From the NCBI GenBank assembly GCA_002724675.1, contig PBPL01000101.1, positions 8-64,007 of the forward strand: a DNA stretch of 64,000 nucleotides, in the 5' to 3' direction. Below the pieces are notes generated by a model. The model searched no databases and was not told where the DNA came from. It was given only the letters and a program-made list of their open reading frames with translations. The DNA comes from Deltaproteobacteria bacterium (GTDB lineage Bacteria; Myxococcota_A; UBA796; UBA9615). The position numbers and the translations under genes were made by a program. This document shows positions 29,451-38,739 of this stretch, piece by piece (the first letter of the stretch is position 1; every line of letters starts with the position of its first letter).

Positions 29451-30068
29451 TCAGCGTGGCGTAGTTCGTCGCTGGCGTTCCTCGTGAATTACGGCGAGAA
29501 ATTCTTCCTCGGCCCGCTCGAGGTCGTCATTGACAATGCGGTAGTCAAACATCGGCGCCTCTGCGATCTCGGATCTGGCAACCGCGAGCCGTCCTTCGAT
29601 CACATCGGCAGTGTCCGTCGCACGCCCGCGCAGCCGGGCCTCGAGTTCATCCATAGACGGCGGAAGCAGAAAGACAAAGACGGCATCTGCGTCCGATGCC
29701 CGGACCTGCTGTGCTCCCTGGACATCGATGTCCAACAGCACGACAGACCCAGCCTGAACCAGGGCCTCCACCGACCCCCGATGGGTGCCATATCGATTGC
29801 CATGAACGAGCGCATGCTCGAGGAATTCGCCTCGAGCCAAGCGAGATTCGAAGTCGTCCAACGCGACAAAGTGGTAGTCCTCGCCGTCCACCTCTGTGCC
29901 CCTCCGCGGACGAGTCGTGTACGAGACGGAGAATCGCAACTCGGGCAAGCGGGCCATCGCACGCCGCACCAAGGTCGTCTTGCCACAGCCCGAGGGCCCG
30001 GTAAACACGAGAAGAAGGCCTGGATCACTCAAGGTTGGCAACCTGCTCCCGCACCTTTTCGATCTCAC
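29451..30068 (-). CDS. gmk: Guanylate kinase
   Basis: It has the P-loop GPSGCGKTT, SVSYTTRPRRGTEVDGEDYHFV and the LID region. The start is uncertain, because the ORF overlaps the yicC 3' end by 44 nt. Confidence 0.85.
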   Translation of the reverse strand: MRSKRCGSRLPTLSDPGLLLVFTGPSGCGKTTLVRRAMARLPELRFSVSYTTRPRRGTEVDGEDYHFVALDDFESRLARGEFLEHALVHGNRYGTHRGSVEALVQAGSVVLLDIDVQGAQQVRASDADAVFVFLLPPSMDELEARLRGRATDTADVIEGRLAVARSEIAEAPMFDYRIVNDDLERAEEEFLAVIHEERQRRTTPR

Positions 30069-30912
30069 TCTTCAGCTCAACGGCCAAGGCCGAGACTTCC
30101 GTTGCAGCAGACTTCGACGCAATGGTATTGGCCTCGCGGAGGAACTCCTGGACCAGAAACTCCAACCGCCGACCCACGGGCTCGGACTTGCCGAGGAGCT
30201 CACTGGCCTGCTCCACATGAGACCGGAGGCGGCAGAGTTCCTCATCGACGTCCGCCTTGTCGGCCAGGATTGCAGCCTCCTGGGCAACTCGACCAGCATC
30301 CACATCAGCGGAGCCAAGGAGCTCGAGCACCCGAGCTTCCAGGCGTGCCTTCAAGAGAGCAGGCTGCTCTCGAACAATCCGCTCGACCGAATCCACCAAC
30401 CCACTAATGGAGGATAGGTAGCCTCGCAACGCCCGGACGAGACGCTCTCCCTCCGCCTCCCGCATCGCCTCAAGGCCCGAGAGCGCGGAATCAAGAGCTT
30501 CTTCGACCTGGGCGGCTTCAGCGGTGACGTCAACCTCAGGCTCGGACACCTCCAAGACCCCCGGAATGCGCAACAAGTCCGATGGACCCAGGTCCTGTGG
30601 GAGACCCAGCTCATCCGCCAGCTGAGCCACCTCGTCACGAATCGCTACCGCCAACGGCCGATTGACCCTCACCTCGTGGCGACGGGCCTCCTCTTGAATC
30701 TCCCGATGCACGTGCACGTCGACCCGACCCCGACCCAATCGATCCCGAAGTCGCTGGGTGAGCTGCTGCTCCAGACCCAGCCAGGATCGAGGCAGCTTCA
30801 TCTTCACGTCCAAGAACCGATGGTTGACCGAGCGCAGCTCCACCGTCACCCGCAAGGTAGGCGAGACGCTCTCTCCTCGGCCGTATCCAGTCATGGACTT
30901 CGCAGCGCTCAA
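30025..30912 (-). CDS. yicC: YicC-family stress-induced protein (YicC/YloC, DUF1732)
   Basis: It has MSAAKSMTGYGRG… and a C-terminal DUF1732-like region. It shows the typical yicC-gmk linkage. Confidence 0.75.
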   Translation of the reverse strand: MSAAKSMTGYGRGESVSPTLRVTVELRSVNHRFLDVKMKLPRSWLGLEQQLTQRLRDRLGRGRVDVHVHREIQEEARRHEVRVNRPLAVAIRDEVAQLADELGLPQDLGPSDLLRIPGVLEVSEPEVDVTAEAAQVEEALDSALSGLEAMREAEGERLVRALRGYLSSISGLVDSVERIVREQPALLKARLEARVLELLGSADVDAGRVAQEAAILADKADVDEELCRLRSHVEQASELLGKSEPVGRRLEFLVQEFLREANTIASKSAATEVSALAVELKSEIEKVREQVANLE

Positions 30913-30950
30913 GAAGACCTCCAGAGAATTGAGAGACGTGGCGTCGTTGA

Positions 30951-32207
30951 CTACGAGGGGGCGCCAGGCGGCAGCATGTTACTACAGAGGCCGAGCAGCA
31001 TCCGCTGGAGCTCCAGCCCCGTCTGCTCCCAGCTCATCCGCTCCTCGGCTGATAGACGAGCGGCCTGGGCGAGGCGCCTCTGGTATGCAGGATCGTTGTA
31101 CAGCGCACCCAAACAAGCCACTAGGTCACCCGCCGACGGCTCGACAGCGCCCGCTCGATCGTAGAGGGGCAAGAGCACTGCGCCGCCTTCGGCCGAGAAC
31201 TCGAAGTCAAATCCCGGAAGGGCCGAGGTGACTACTGGCAACCCACGGGCCTGGGCCTCAAGCAGGGCTACTGGAACTCCATCTCGATCACCCTCTCGAT
31301 CCACCCGACATGCGAGCACAGCGGCGTGATACCGGCTCCGCTCTAAGCGGTTCTCGATCCACTCTGCGGACTTCATGCCCACCAGATCCACCTTCAGCGC
31401 CCCGCCCGTATCTCGGGACAACACATCGGCAAAGTCAGTAAGGGTCTCGCGCTCTCGCCCATCACCCACGAGGGTGATCTCCACTTGGACCCCACTGCGA
31501 GCCAGGGCTCCACAAGCCTCCAGGGTCAAGTCATGACCCTTCTTCGCGATGAGCCGTCCGACAGACAAGATCCGCAGAGGACCATCGGAAGCTGGTGTCG
31601 AGACAACCTGGTCGGGAATGGCCACGGGACAAGCGAGCAGCTCGACCCGCTGCGACGGCAAGCCCAGCCTGAGGAGCCGATCGCGGTGAAATGGCGTGAT
31701 CGTGGTCACGTGGTTCGAAGCACGGAGGATCCAAGAGAGATCAGGCACAGGAACAAAGAGATCGCGGGCGTGGACGGCCAGAGACACGGGGAGCCGGGCA
31801 AGAAGAGCTGCTGCCACCGCATACCGAGCAGTCTCTGCCGCGTGATGCACTCGGACGACATCGATACGAGCGCGCTTCCAAGATCCAGCCAACCAGGCCA
31901 CTCGACGTAGGTCCCGCATACGAGCGTGTCGAACCCAATTCTGGTGGACCTGGGGATAGTTGGCTCGGGTCTCCATGCCAAGCGAGGAGAGCACACAGCG
32001 CACACTGGACGGACGAGGCACCACCCGAGCAGCCGAGTAAAAGCTCTCGTGTCGGCCGTGACGCACTGCCTCGGAGTCCCTGTCGAGCATCCATGTCTGC
32101 ACCCAGGCTCCCGAGGCCCGAAGCGCTGCGGCCTCGTCCAGAACGAACGTCTCCGTCGGCGCCGGGAGGTATCGCATGAGATAAGCCACCCGCAACCGCC
32201 GGCTCAT
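30951..32207 (-). CDS. Glycosyltransferase family 1 (GT4)
   Basis: It has the C-terminal GT4 motifs …ILSVGRLIAKKGHDL…EAQARGLPVVTS. Confidence 0.75.
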   Translation of the reverse strand: MSRRLRVAYLMRYLPAPTETFVLDEAAALRASGAWVQTWMLDRDSEAVRHGRHESFYSAARVVPRPSSVRCVLSSLGMETRANYPQVHQNWVRHARMRDLRRVAWLAGSWKRARIDVVRVHHAAETARYAVAAALLARLPVSLAVHARDLFVPVPDLSWILRASNHVTTITPFHRDRLLRLGLPSQRVELLACPVAIPDQVVSTPASDGPLRILSVGRLIAKKGHDLTLEACGALARSGVQVEITLVGDGRERETLTDFADVLSRDTGGALKVDLVGMKSAEWIENRLERSRYHAAVLACRVDREGDRDGVPVALLEAQARGLPVVTSALPGFDFEFSAEGGAVLLPLYDRAGAVEPSAGDLVACLGALYNDPAYQRRLAQAARLSAEERMSWEQTGLELQRMLLGLCSNMLPPGAPS

Positions 32208-33346
32208 GGAAGCTTCCCCTCAAGACGCTCCCCCACGAGCTCTACCAGGCGGTGAGCTCGGTCCTCCCAACGAGGGCGACCGACGACCTGCTGCTCCGAG
32301 GGTCTCGGCCCAGCCAACGACCGGTGAATGCCCTCTACCAGGCTGTCCACATCGTCTGGTGCCACAAAGGTGACCAATCCATCTCCCACCGCGAACCGGG
32401 TCGACGGAAGGTCCGTGGCCACCACAGGCAGACCAGAGCCCACGGCATCGACGACTTGGAGCGGACACAGGGAGCGCCGGGTGACATCGTCTTCTGGATA
32501 GAGGGTCAACCACAGACCCACGCGTTCGAGCAATTCTTCCCGACGCCGGCCCCAGCAAGGCCCCAGCAGATGCACACGTCCTGCCAGTCTCGGGTCATCC
32601 TCTATGGCCCGAGACCAGGCCGCAAAGCGCACACTCCCCTGATCCCGTCCCGCGACGATCAGATCGGGCAACGTGGCGTCCTTGCGCCACGCTGACAACG
32701 CCAGGTCGATGCCAGAACGTCGGTGCAGCCCCATGGCAAGCACGGGTCGTTGTCGATCAGAGGCCGAGGTCACCCGACGGCGAGCGGCATCCCGAGATAG
32801 GCCACAGGCATTGGGAAGCAGAACGATGCGATGGGGATCGACTCCGGACCGGCAGAGGTCGTCGGCGATGCCCTGAGAGGGCGTGAGATGAAGTGAGGAA
32901 CGCACAAGGGCACGCCGATGAACCCGCAAGTCACGCCGCGGCCGCACGTGCCACTCCATCAGCACGGCCTGCCACGGGCGAGAGGCTTCCGAAGAAACGA
33001 CGCGAGGGTCACGGGCCAGCAACACCGCACCACGTGATCGACACTTGGCAAGGTTGCGTCGGAAACGAACACCAGCAAGGGGCGGGCGAGAAGGACGCGA
33101 GGGCCTGGCCAGCTCCAGATGGTTCGACAGAGGGCGCCCCAGCCAGTCGGCCAACTCAGCAGGGCCTCCGTCAGGACGTCCCGCATCCGCCACCAACGTC
33201 ACGGGAGCTTCCGTCACCGACGCGAGCGCTTCCGCTTGCTGAAAAGCCTGCCAGGCCTGGGGTCTTGGGGATGGCATCGCAGCTCGAACTGCCACAACCC
33301 AAGAGGGGGCGGCAGGGACAGCCCTGAACCCCGGGGTTCCTGTCAC
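32204..33346 (-). CDS. Glycosyltransferase family 1 (GT4)
   Basis: It has …VGSGLPVVATDLP…, which is GT-B fold-like. There is a 4-nt overlap on both sides. Confidence 0.65.
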   Translation of the reverse strand: MTGTPGFRAVPAAPSWVVAVRAAMPSPRPQAWQAFQQAEALASVTEAPVTLVADAGRPDGGPAELADWLGRPLSNHLELARPSRPSRPPLAGVRFRRNLAKCRSRGAVLLARDPRVVSSEASRPWQAVLMEWHVRPRRDLRVHRRALVRSSLHLTPSQGIADDLCRSGVDPHRIVLLPNACGLSRDAARRRVTSASDRQRPVLAMGLHRRSGIDLALSAWRKDATLPDLIVAGRDQGSVRFAAWSRAIEDDPRLAGRVHLLGPCWGRRREELLERVGLWLTLYPEDDVTRRSLCPLQVVDAVGSGLPVVATDLPSTRFAVGDGLVTFVAPDDVDSLVEGIHRSLAGPRPSEQQVVGRPRWEDRAHRLVELVGERLEGKLP

Positions 33347-34494
33347 GAGACAGCCTGCAGGGCCGACAGCACCGAAGAGCCCAGGTGATGTGCTCGGCCC
33401 CCTTGCTCAAAGCGCTGCCGACCTCCCTCACCGAGTCGAAACCGAAGAGCAGAGTCCTGGACCAGCTGATCTAGAACAGAGGCCACGGACGACGGCGACG
33501 TGGGGTCGTCGACACGGAGCCCCGTGACCCCAGGCTTGACCGCCTCGGCCGCTCCGGCCGAGCGAGACCCGATCACGGGCAGCCCCCGGGCCCCGGCCTC
33601 GAGATACACCAGCCCGTAGCCTTCGGTGTCACCACCCTCCTGCCGGGGCACCATCACGAACAGATCCGCAGCTCGATAGGCGCGGTCCAAGGCGGAAGTG
33701 GGGACATAGCCGCGAAAGCGAACCCGCTCCGAAATGCCCAACTCGAGCGCGAGCCGCTCAAGGCGGGCTCGGTCAGGCCCATCCCCGACGACCTCGTAGA
33801 GCAAGGCAGGGCAACGATCAGCCAACAGGGCCAGAGCCCGAAGGGTGACGTCGTGCCCCTTGCGACGCACGAGGCGCCCTACGGTCAGCATTCGTATCGG
33901 GGCCCCTGACGATGAATCGAGCAGCCCCTCCACAGTGTCTTCACCGGAATCGGCGGGATCTTCGATGGCAGCGGGAATCGAGTGAATACGATGCGGTGCA
34001 ACGCCACGCTGGAGGAGCTCTTCCCGCATCCAGTGGGTCATGACCAGCCAGAGCACAGGCGCCCGAAGCACCTGTTCCCGCTGTTGGTCACGAGCTGGAG
34101 TCGCCTGCCCCGTAATGTCACGACCATGGGCCAGGACTGCAATGGGCGGCGAATCGGCCTGTGGATCTCGAGCCAGCAGCGCAGGAACCGGCTCCCAGGT
34201 GGTCGCCACAAGCGCATCCGGCCGGGCCGCTTCAACAAGGGCCGGGAGACCGCGAAGCCAATGGCGGTGCCCCTTGTTCCGCCAGCTACGCCCCGGGACT
34301 CCAACAACCGTCCAGGGGCACTCGTTCGCCTTGCGCTCCTGCTTGAGGGCTCTCGCTCGGGGACCACCTCCACGGGTGATGACCCGAACACCCGCACCCC
34401 GCTCGAACAGACCCCTTGCGAGGACCCGAGACAACGTCGCTACGCCGCCATCAGACCATGCGGGCCAGTCCGGGGTAACGATATCGAGTCTCAC
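33343..34494 (-). CDS. Glycosyltransferase family 1 (GT4)
   Basis: It has …MLTVGRLVRRKGHDV…EGYGLVYLEAGARGLPVIGS…. Confidence 0.75.
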   Translation of the reverse strand: MRLDIVTPDWPAWSDGGVATLSRVLARGLFERGAGVRVITRGGGPRARALKQERKANECPWTVVGVPGRSWRNKGHRHWLRGLPALVEAARPDALVATTWEPVPALLARDPQADSPPIAVLAHGRDITGQATPARDQQREQVLRAPVLWLVMTHWMREELLQRGVAPHRIHSIPAAIEDPADSGEDTVEGLLDSSSGAPIRMLTVGRLVRRKGHDVTLRALALLADRCPALLYEVVGDGPDRARLERLALELGISERVRFRGYVPTSALDRAYRAADLFVMVPRQEGGDTEGYGLVYLEAGARGLPVIGSRSAGAAEAVKPGVTGLRVDDPTSPSSVASVLDQLVQDSALRFRLGEGGRQRFEQGGRAHHLGSSVLSALQAVS

Positions 34495-35600
34495 GGGGCG
34501 ACGCTCCGCACCGTCTCTACGAGGTCCACATCGAACCCCTTGCCCGCACGGATCACAGGAGTCTCTCGGGGCCTAGCAAGATCCACCGCGGCGTCTAGGA
34601 CCCGTTGCGGGTCTAGCTCCTCAAGGCATCGATGATGACTCAGCGGACAGCGGGCCTGACCATGGAGGCTGCAGGGAGCACAAGGGGGGCTTGTCTCGGG
34701 TAGCTGCACGCCCCGCTCCTGCCAGACCCAGAACCCGGCATCCTGGGGAGTCGGCCCGTACAAACCAACCACCGGCACCCCCAGTGCACCCGCCAGATGG
34801 AGGGGGCCACTGTCACCGCAAACCACAACGTCACAAGAAGCAAGGCCCTCGATCAATCCGCCGAGGCTGCTGTCTGGCCAGGGTTCCGAGACACCATCCA
34901 CAGCAATCTGCTCGAGAAGCGACGACTCGCCGGGCGAACCAAAGAGCCAGCTGCCCCCTCGCTCCCGTTTGCTCCAGAGGGTCGAGAGCTCGGACCAGTG
35001 GCGCACTGGCCATCGCTTTGTTTCCCAACTGGCGCCCGGGCAGAGACCAAGGATAGGTCCCGAGAGCGTGCCATCGGCATTGGCCTCCTCCATCCGGTCG
35101 GCGACCAACTCCGGAATGGAAGAAGGGCGCGCAGGCCACCCTGACTCAGGTAGCCCCAGCCGAGCGAACAGCTCGGCAACAGCAGCCAGGTGACGCTCAG
35201 GCCAGCTTCTGAGGGGGGCGTGCCTCAAGCGACTGGAGCCCAAGACTCGCGGCCACCTCGCCGCTAGGAGCAGAGACCGACGACGGAGTGACTCCTTGCG
35301 TGTCGCCACCCGAGCCGCCCGAAGAAAGCGGGGCACTCGTTGAATGACGCGCCGCGAAGCTGGGACTCCGTGCAAGTCCAAGACGGCGTGGGCAGGTTCA
35401 AGAGTCCCCACATCTTGAGCGCTAACGACATCGACCTCTGAAAGATGATGCGCCAGGAAGGTCACATAGGACGACCCCGTCACCAGGGTGACGCGCAGTT
35501 CTGGATGACGGACGAGCCAACGTAGGGCCGGCAAGACCATGACCAGATCCCCGAGGTGGCCGAGCCGAACCGCCACGACATGACGACGCTGCGATGCCAT
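34491..35600 (-). CDS. Glycosyltransferase family 9 (LPS heptosyltransferase-like)
   Basis: The start is at M152 of the track ORF, with a TGATG overlap with the upstream gene. It has …VRLGHLGDLVMVLPAL…GDSGPLHLAGALGVPVVGLYGPT…. Confidence 0.75.
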   Translation of the reverse strand: MASQRRHVVAVRLGHLGDLVMVLPALRWLVRHPELRVTLVTGSSYVTFLAHHLSEVDVVSAQDVGTLEPAHAVLDLHGVPASRRVIQRVPRFLRAARVATRKESLRRRSLLLAARWPRVLGSSRLRHAPLRSWPERHLAAVAELFARLGLPESGWPARPSSIPELVADRMEEANADGTLSGPILGLCPGASWETKRWPVRHWSELSTLWSKRERGGSWLFGSPGESSLLEQIAVDGVSEPWPDSSLGGLIEGLASCDVVVCGDSGPLHLAGALGVPVVGLYGPTPQDAGFWVWQERGVQLPETSPPCAPCSLHGQARCPLSHHRCLEELDPQRVLDAAVDLARPRETPVIRAGKGFDVDLVETVRSVAP

Positions 35601-36640
35601 CAAGCAACTCCCCGCACAGCCAGCTCCACCCGCTCGGCGACCTGCTCCACCGAGATCGAGACGGTACACGATGGAGAGAAGCCGTGAGAACATCGCGGCT
35701 GGTAACAGGGCCAGCAAGTGAGATCGCTCCCTCCCTCGAGCGTCGACCCGTGGCCGGGGCCGTGGCGCCCTGGATCGGTAGGCCCGAACAAGACAATGGG
35801 CCACGAACCCACCGCACTGGCCAGATGGGCCAGGCCCGTGTCGGGTAAGACGACGCAGCGAGCCCGCTGCGCCACCCCAGCCCACGCAGAAGGCCCCCAC
35901 AAGTAAGGGCCCAGTGGAGGCGCGCCGCCGAGCCCCGCTACCACGGACTCGGCGCACCTCCCATCGGGAGCTGAGGGCCCCCTGGTGACGGCAATGCGAA
36001 GGCCGCCAGCCTGGAGTCGGCGGCCCAGAGAGACCCAGTTGGCTGTAGTCCAACGCTTGGTGTCCAGCCCCTCGGCCCAGGGATGAAGCAGCACCTCAGG
36101 CTCGCCAGCCGAACGCCAAAGAGCCAGAACCGTCGCGGCTCTCACAGGCGAGAGCCGGAACGAGGCATCGGGCACGCCTTGAGCAGCGACGCCGAGCACC
36201 CGGGTGGCATGCCGCGCCACACGGAGGTAGGAATCTCGCTGATGCTCACCGGGCCCCAGCAACCGGAGTCTCCGGCCTGGCAGCGCTTCCAGAGGGCCAG
36301 GCACCGGATCCGTGAGCAACAGCCGCCGGTGATCCGATGGCAGCCCAATGCGAGTGGGCAGTCGAGAAGCTGCAGCTTGCCAGGCCACCCGAAGAGACGG
36401 TGCAAGGAGCACCGCGACACCGCTCTCGTCTCGACGCAAGCGGGATCGCACCGGCAATCCACAACCCTGGTCTACGAGAAGATCGGAAGCAACCGCGGGT
36501 CCACCAACCGGCTGTAGGGCCCAGTCCGGCAATGCGTTTCGGAGGAGACGAAGTGCCGGAAGCGCGAGGACTGTGTCCCCAAGATGACCGGGTAGGACCA
36601 CCTGCAGAGTCGGAGCCCGGACCTCGCTGCGGCGCACCAC
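35600..36640 (-). CDS. Glycosyltransferase family 9 (LPS heptosyltransferase-like)
   Basis: It has …VLPGHLGDTVLALPAL…PDTGLAHLASAVGSWPIVLFGPT…. Confidence 0.75.
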   Translation of the reverse strand: MVRRSEVRAPTLQVVLPGHLGDTVLALPALRLLRNALPDWALQPVGGPAVASDLLVDQGCGLPVRSRLRRDESGVAVLLAPSLRVAWQAAASRLPTRIGLPSDHRRLLLTDPVPGPLEALPGRRLRLLGPGEHQRDSYLRVARHATRVLGVAAQGVPDASFRLSPVRAATVLALWRSAGEPEVLLHPWAEGLDTKRWTTANWVSLGRRLQAGGLRIAVTRGPSAPDGRCAESVVAGLGGAPPLGPYLWGPSAWAGVAQRARCVVLPDTGLAHLASAVGSWPIVLFGPTDPGRHGPGHGSTLEGGSDLTCWPCYQPRCSHGFSPSCTVSISVEQVAERVELAVRGVA

Positions 36641-36661
36641 TGGGCCCCTCCCCCGCCTCGT

Positions 36662-38215
36662 CTAGCGACGCTTGTTCTTCTTGCGCGCCTTGCGCGCCTT
36701 CTTGCGCATGGCCTTCTTCTTGCTCGCATCCACAGAACGCCGCTGGCTTCCGCCGCCAGTACCCAGACCCAGCGCATCCGCGCCGGCCATGTTCTGCAGG
36801 CTGGAGAGCATCGATGGATTGATGTTGAGTCCCTGCCGGCGCAGACGTGCGAGCCCCTGCGCCTGACGAAGCCCGGGCACCTTGCCCATCAAGCCCGTCG
36901 CCTTGCCCATCTCCCGCATCATCACCCGGGCCATCTTGAACCGCTCGAGCAGTCCCTTTACCTCTTTGCGGCTATGCCCAGAGCCTCCGGCCACTCGCTC
37001 AATGCGACTGTCGCCGAGAATGTCAGGATTGCGGCGTTCCGCCTTGGTCATGGAGTTGAAGATGGCCTCAATCTTCACCAGCTCCCCGTCGTCGACCTTG
37101 GTCCCCTTGGGCACCATGTCGCCCAGCAGAGGCATCTTGTCGAAGACCTCCTGTAGGGGACCCATTTTCTGAATCATCTTCATCTGCTCGATGAAGTCCT
37201 CGAAGTTAAAGTCGCCACTCAGGAGCTTCTCGGCATCCTTCTCGGCCTGCTCCACATCGGCGACTTCCTCGAAGTCCTTCATCAGGCCGACGACGTCGCC
37301 CATGCCGAGGATGCGCCCCGCGAGACCCTCTGGACGGAACTCTTCGAGTCGATCCAGCTCCTCGCCCATGCCCAGATACTTGATGGGGACGCCGCAGACT
37401 TCCTTGATGGAGAGTGCGGCACCTCCTCGAGCATCGCCATCGAGCTTGGTCAGAACAAAGCCCGAGAGCGCAAGGCGCTCGTGGAAGCTCGCGGCCGTTC
37501 GCACCGCATCCTGACCAATCATCGCGTCACAGACGAACAGCGTGTTGCGGGGCTGGGTGCGCTCCCGGATGGCGTCCAGCTCACCCATCATGGAGTCATC
37601 GATAGCCAACCGACCGGCGGTGTCGAACAGGACAACATCGCGTCCAACGCTGGCAGCCTGCTGCATGGCCATCGCACACAAGTCGGGAGGCGACATGCCC
37701 TTCAGCGAGAAGACTGGAATGTCCAGCTTCCGCCCGAGCACCATCAACTGATTGATCGCAGCAGGCCGATAGGTGTCGGCCGCCACCATCATGGGCTTCT
37801 TGCCCTTCTTCTCCTTGAGGAACCAGGCCAGCTTCGCGGTGGTGGTGGTCTTACCAGAGCCTTGGAGACCAACCATCATGACGCCGGTCGGGCCCTTGTT
37901 GGCGTAGTCCAGCTCGGCATCGACGGGACCCATGAGGCCCACGAGTTCATCGTGACAGAGCCGCACAAAGTGGTCACCAGGCGTGACCTGCATGGACTTC
38001 TGCTTTGTCTTGGCCTTGACCTGGACGATCTCGCCTACGGCCTTCCCCTTCAGCCGCTCCAGAAAGCCATTGACCACCCCGTAGTCGACATCCGCCTCCA
38101 GCAGGGAGACGCGGATGTCCCGCAGCGCAGCCTCTACGTCCTCTTCACTGATGCGCGCCTGCCCCTGAAATCGGAGTCGGACATCGCGAAAACCAGAAGT
38201 GAGGGTGTCGAGCAT
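36662..38215 (-). CDS. ffh: Signal recognition particle protein Ffh
   Basis: It has the NG domain GLQGSGKTTTTAKLA…, the DTAGR motif and a Met-rich M domain. It also carries a polybasic C-terminal tail KKKAMRKKARKARKKNKRR. Confidence 0.9.
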   Translation of the reverse strand: MLDTLTSGFRDVRLRFQGQARISEEDVEAALRDIRVSLLEADVDYGVVNGFLERLKGKAVGEIVQVKAKTKQKSMQVTPGDHFVRLCHDELVGLMGPVDAELDYANKGPTGVMMVGLQGSGKTTTTAKLAWFLKEKKGKKPMMVAADTYRPAAINQLMVLGRKLDIPVFSLKGMSPPDLCAMAMQQAASVGRDVVLFDTAGRLAIDDSMMGELDAIRERTQPRNTLFVCDAMIGQDAVRTAASFHERLALSGFVLTKLDGDARGGAALSIKEVCGVPIKYLGMGEELDRLEEFRPEGLAGRILGMGDVVGLMKDFEEVADVEQAEKDAEKLLSGDFNFEDFIEQMKMIQKMGPLQEVFDKMPLLGDMVPKGTKVDDGELVKIEAIFNSMTKAERRNPDILGDSRIERVAGGSGHSRKEVKGLLERFKMARVMMREMGKATGLMGKVPGLRQAQGLARLRRQGLNINPSMLSSLQNMAGADALGLGTGGGSQRRSVDASKKKAMRKKARKARKKNKRR

Positions 38216-38246
38216 GAGCAGCTTTCAGCCAGTACTAGGGAATGGG

Positions 38247-38732
38247 TTATTGAGGCTGTAGCCTCGCCTCGGTGCCGGATCCGGTGGAACCGAACCCGCC
38301 TTCTCCGCGCTCGGTAGCGTCGAGGATCTCGACCTGTTCTACCGACACCTGAGCCACCCGGGCCACCACCAACTGAGCAATGCGCATGCCTCGCTCGATG
38401 ACAAAAGGCTCAGACCCCAGGTTGGCAAGAAGCACCTTCACCTCACCCCGATAGTCCGAGTCGATGGTTCCAGGTGCATTGATGATCGTCACGCCGTGTC
38501 GGAGCGCCAGACCGGACCGAGGGCGGACCTGAATCTCGGTGCCCGGAGGCACCGCCATGGACAGGCCCGTTGGCACCGCGAGGCGGTCTCCTGGGTGAAG
38601 CGTGATGGGTTCAGTGACCGCTGCGCGGACATCGAGTCCCGCCGCCTGAGCGCTCATGGCCTCAGGCAGCGGGACGTCGTTGTCAGCTTCCGGTCGGAGC
38701 CGGCAAACACGTAGGGGTATGACCGGCTCCAC
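38247..38732 (-). CDS. dut: dUTP diphosphatase
   Basis: It has the dUTPase motifs …AAGLDVRA…[27 protein letters not shown]…. Confidence 0.9.
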   Translation of the reverse strand: MEPVIPLRVCRLRPEADNDVPLPEAMSAQAAGLDVRAAVTEPITLHPGDRLAVPTGLSMAVPPGTEIQVRPRSGLALRHGVTIINAPGTIDSDYRGEVKVLLANLGSEPFVIERGMRIAQLVVARVAQVSVEQVEILDATERGEGGFGSTGSGTEARLQPQ

Positions 38733-38739
38733 GCTCGCC

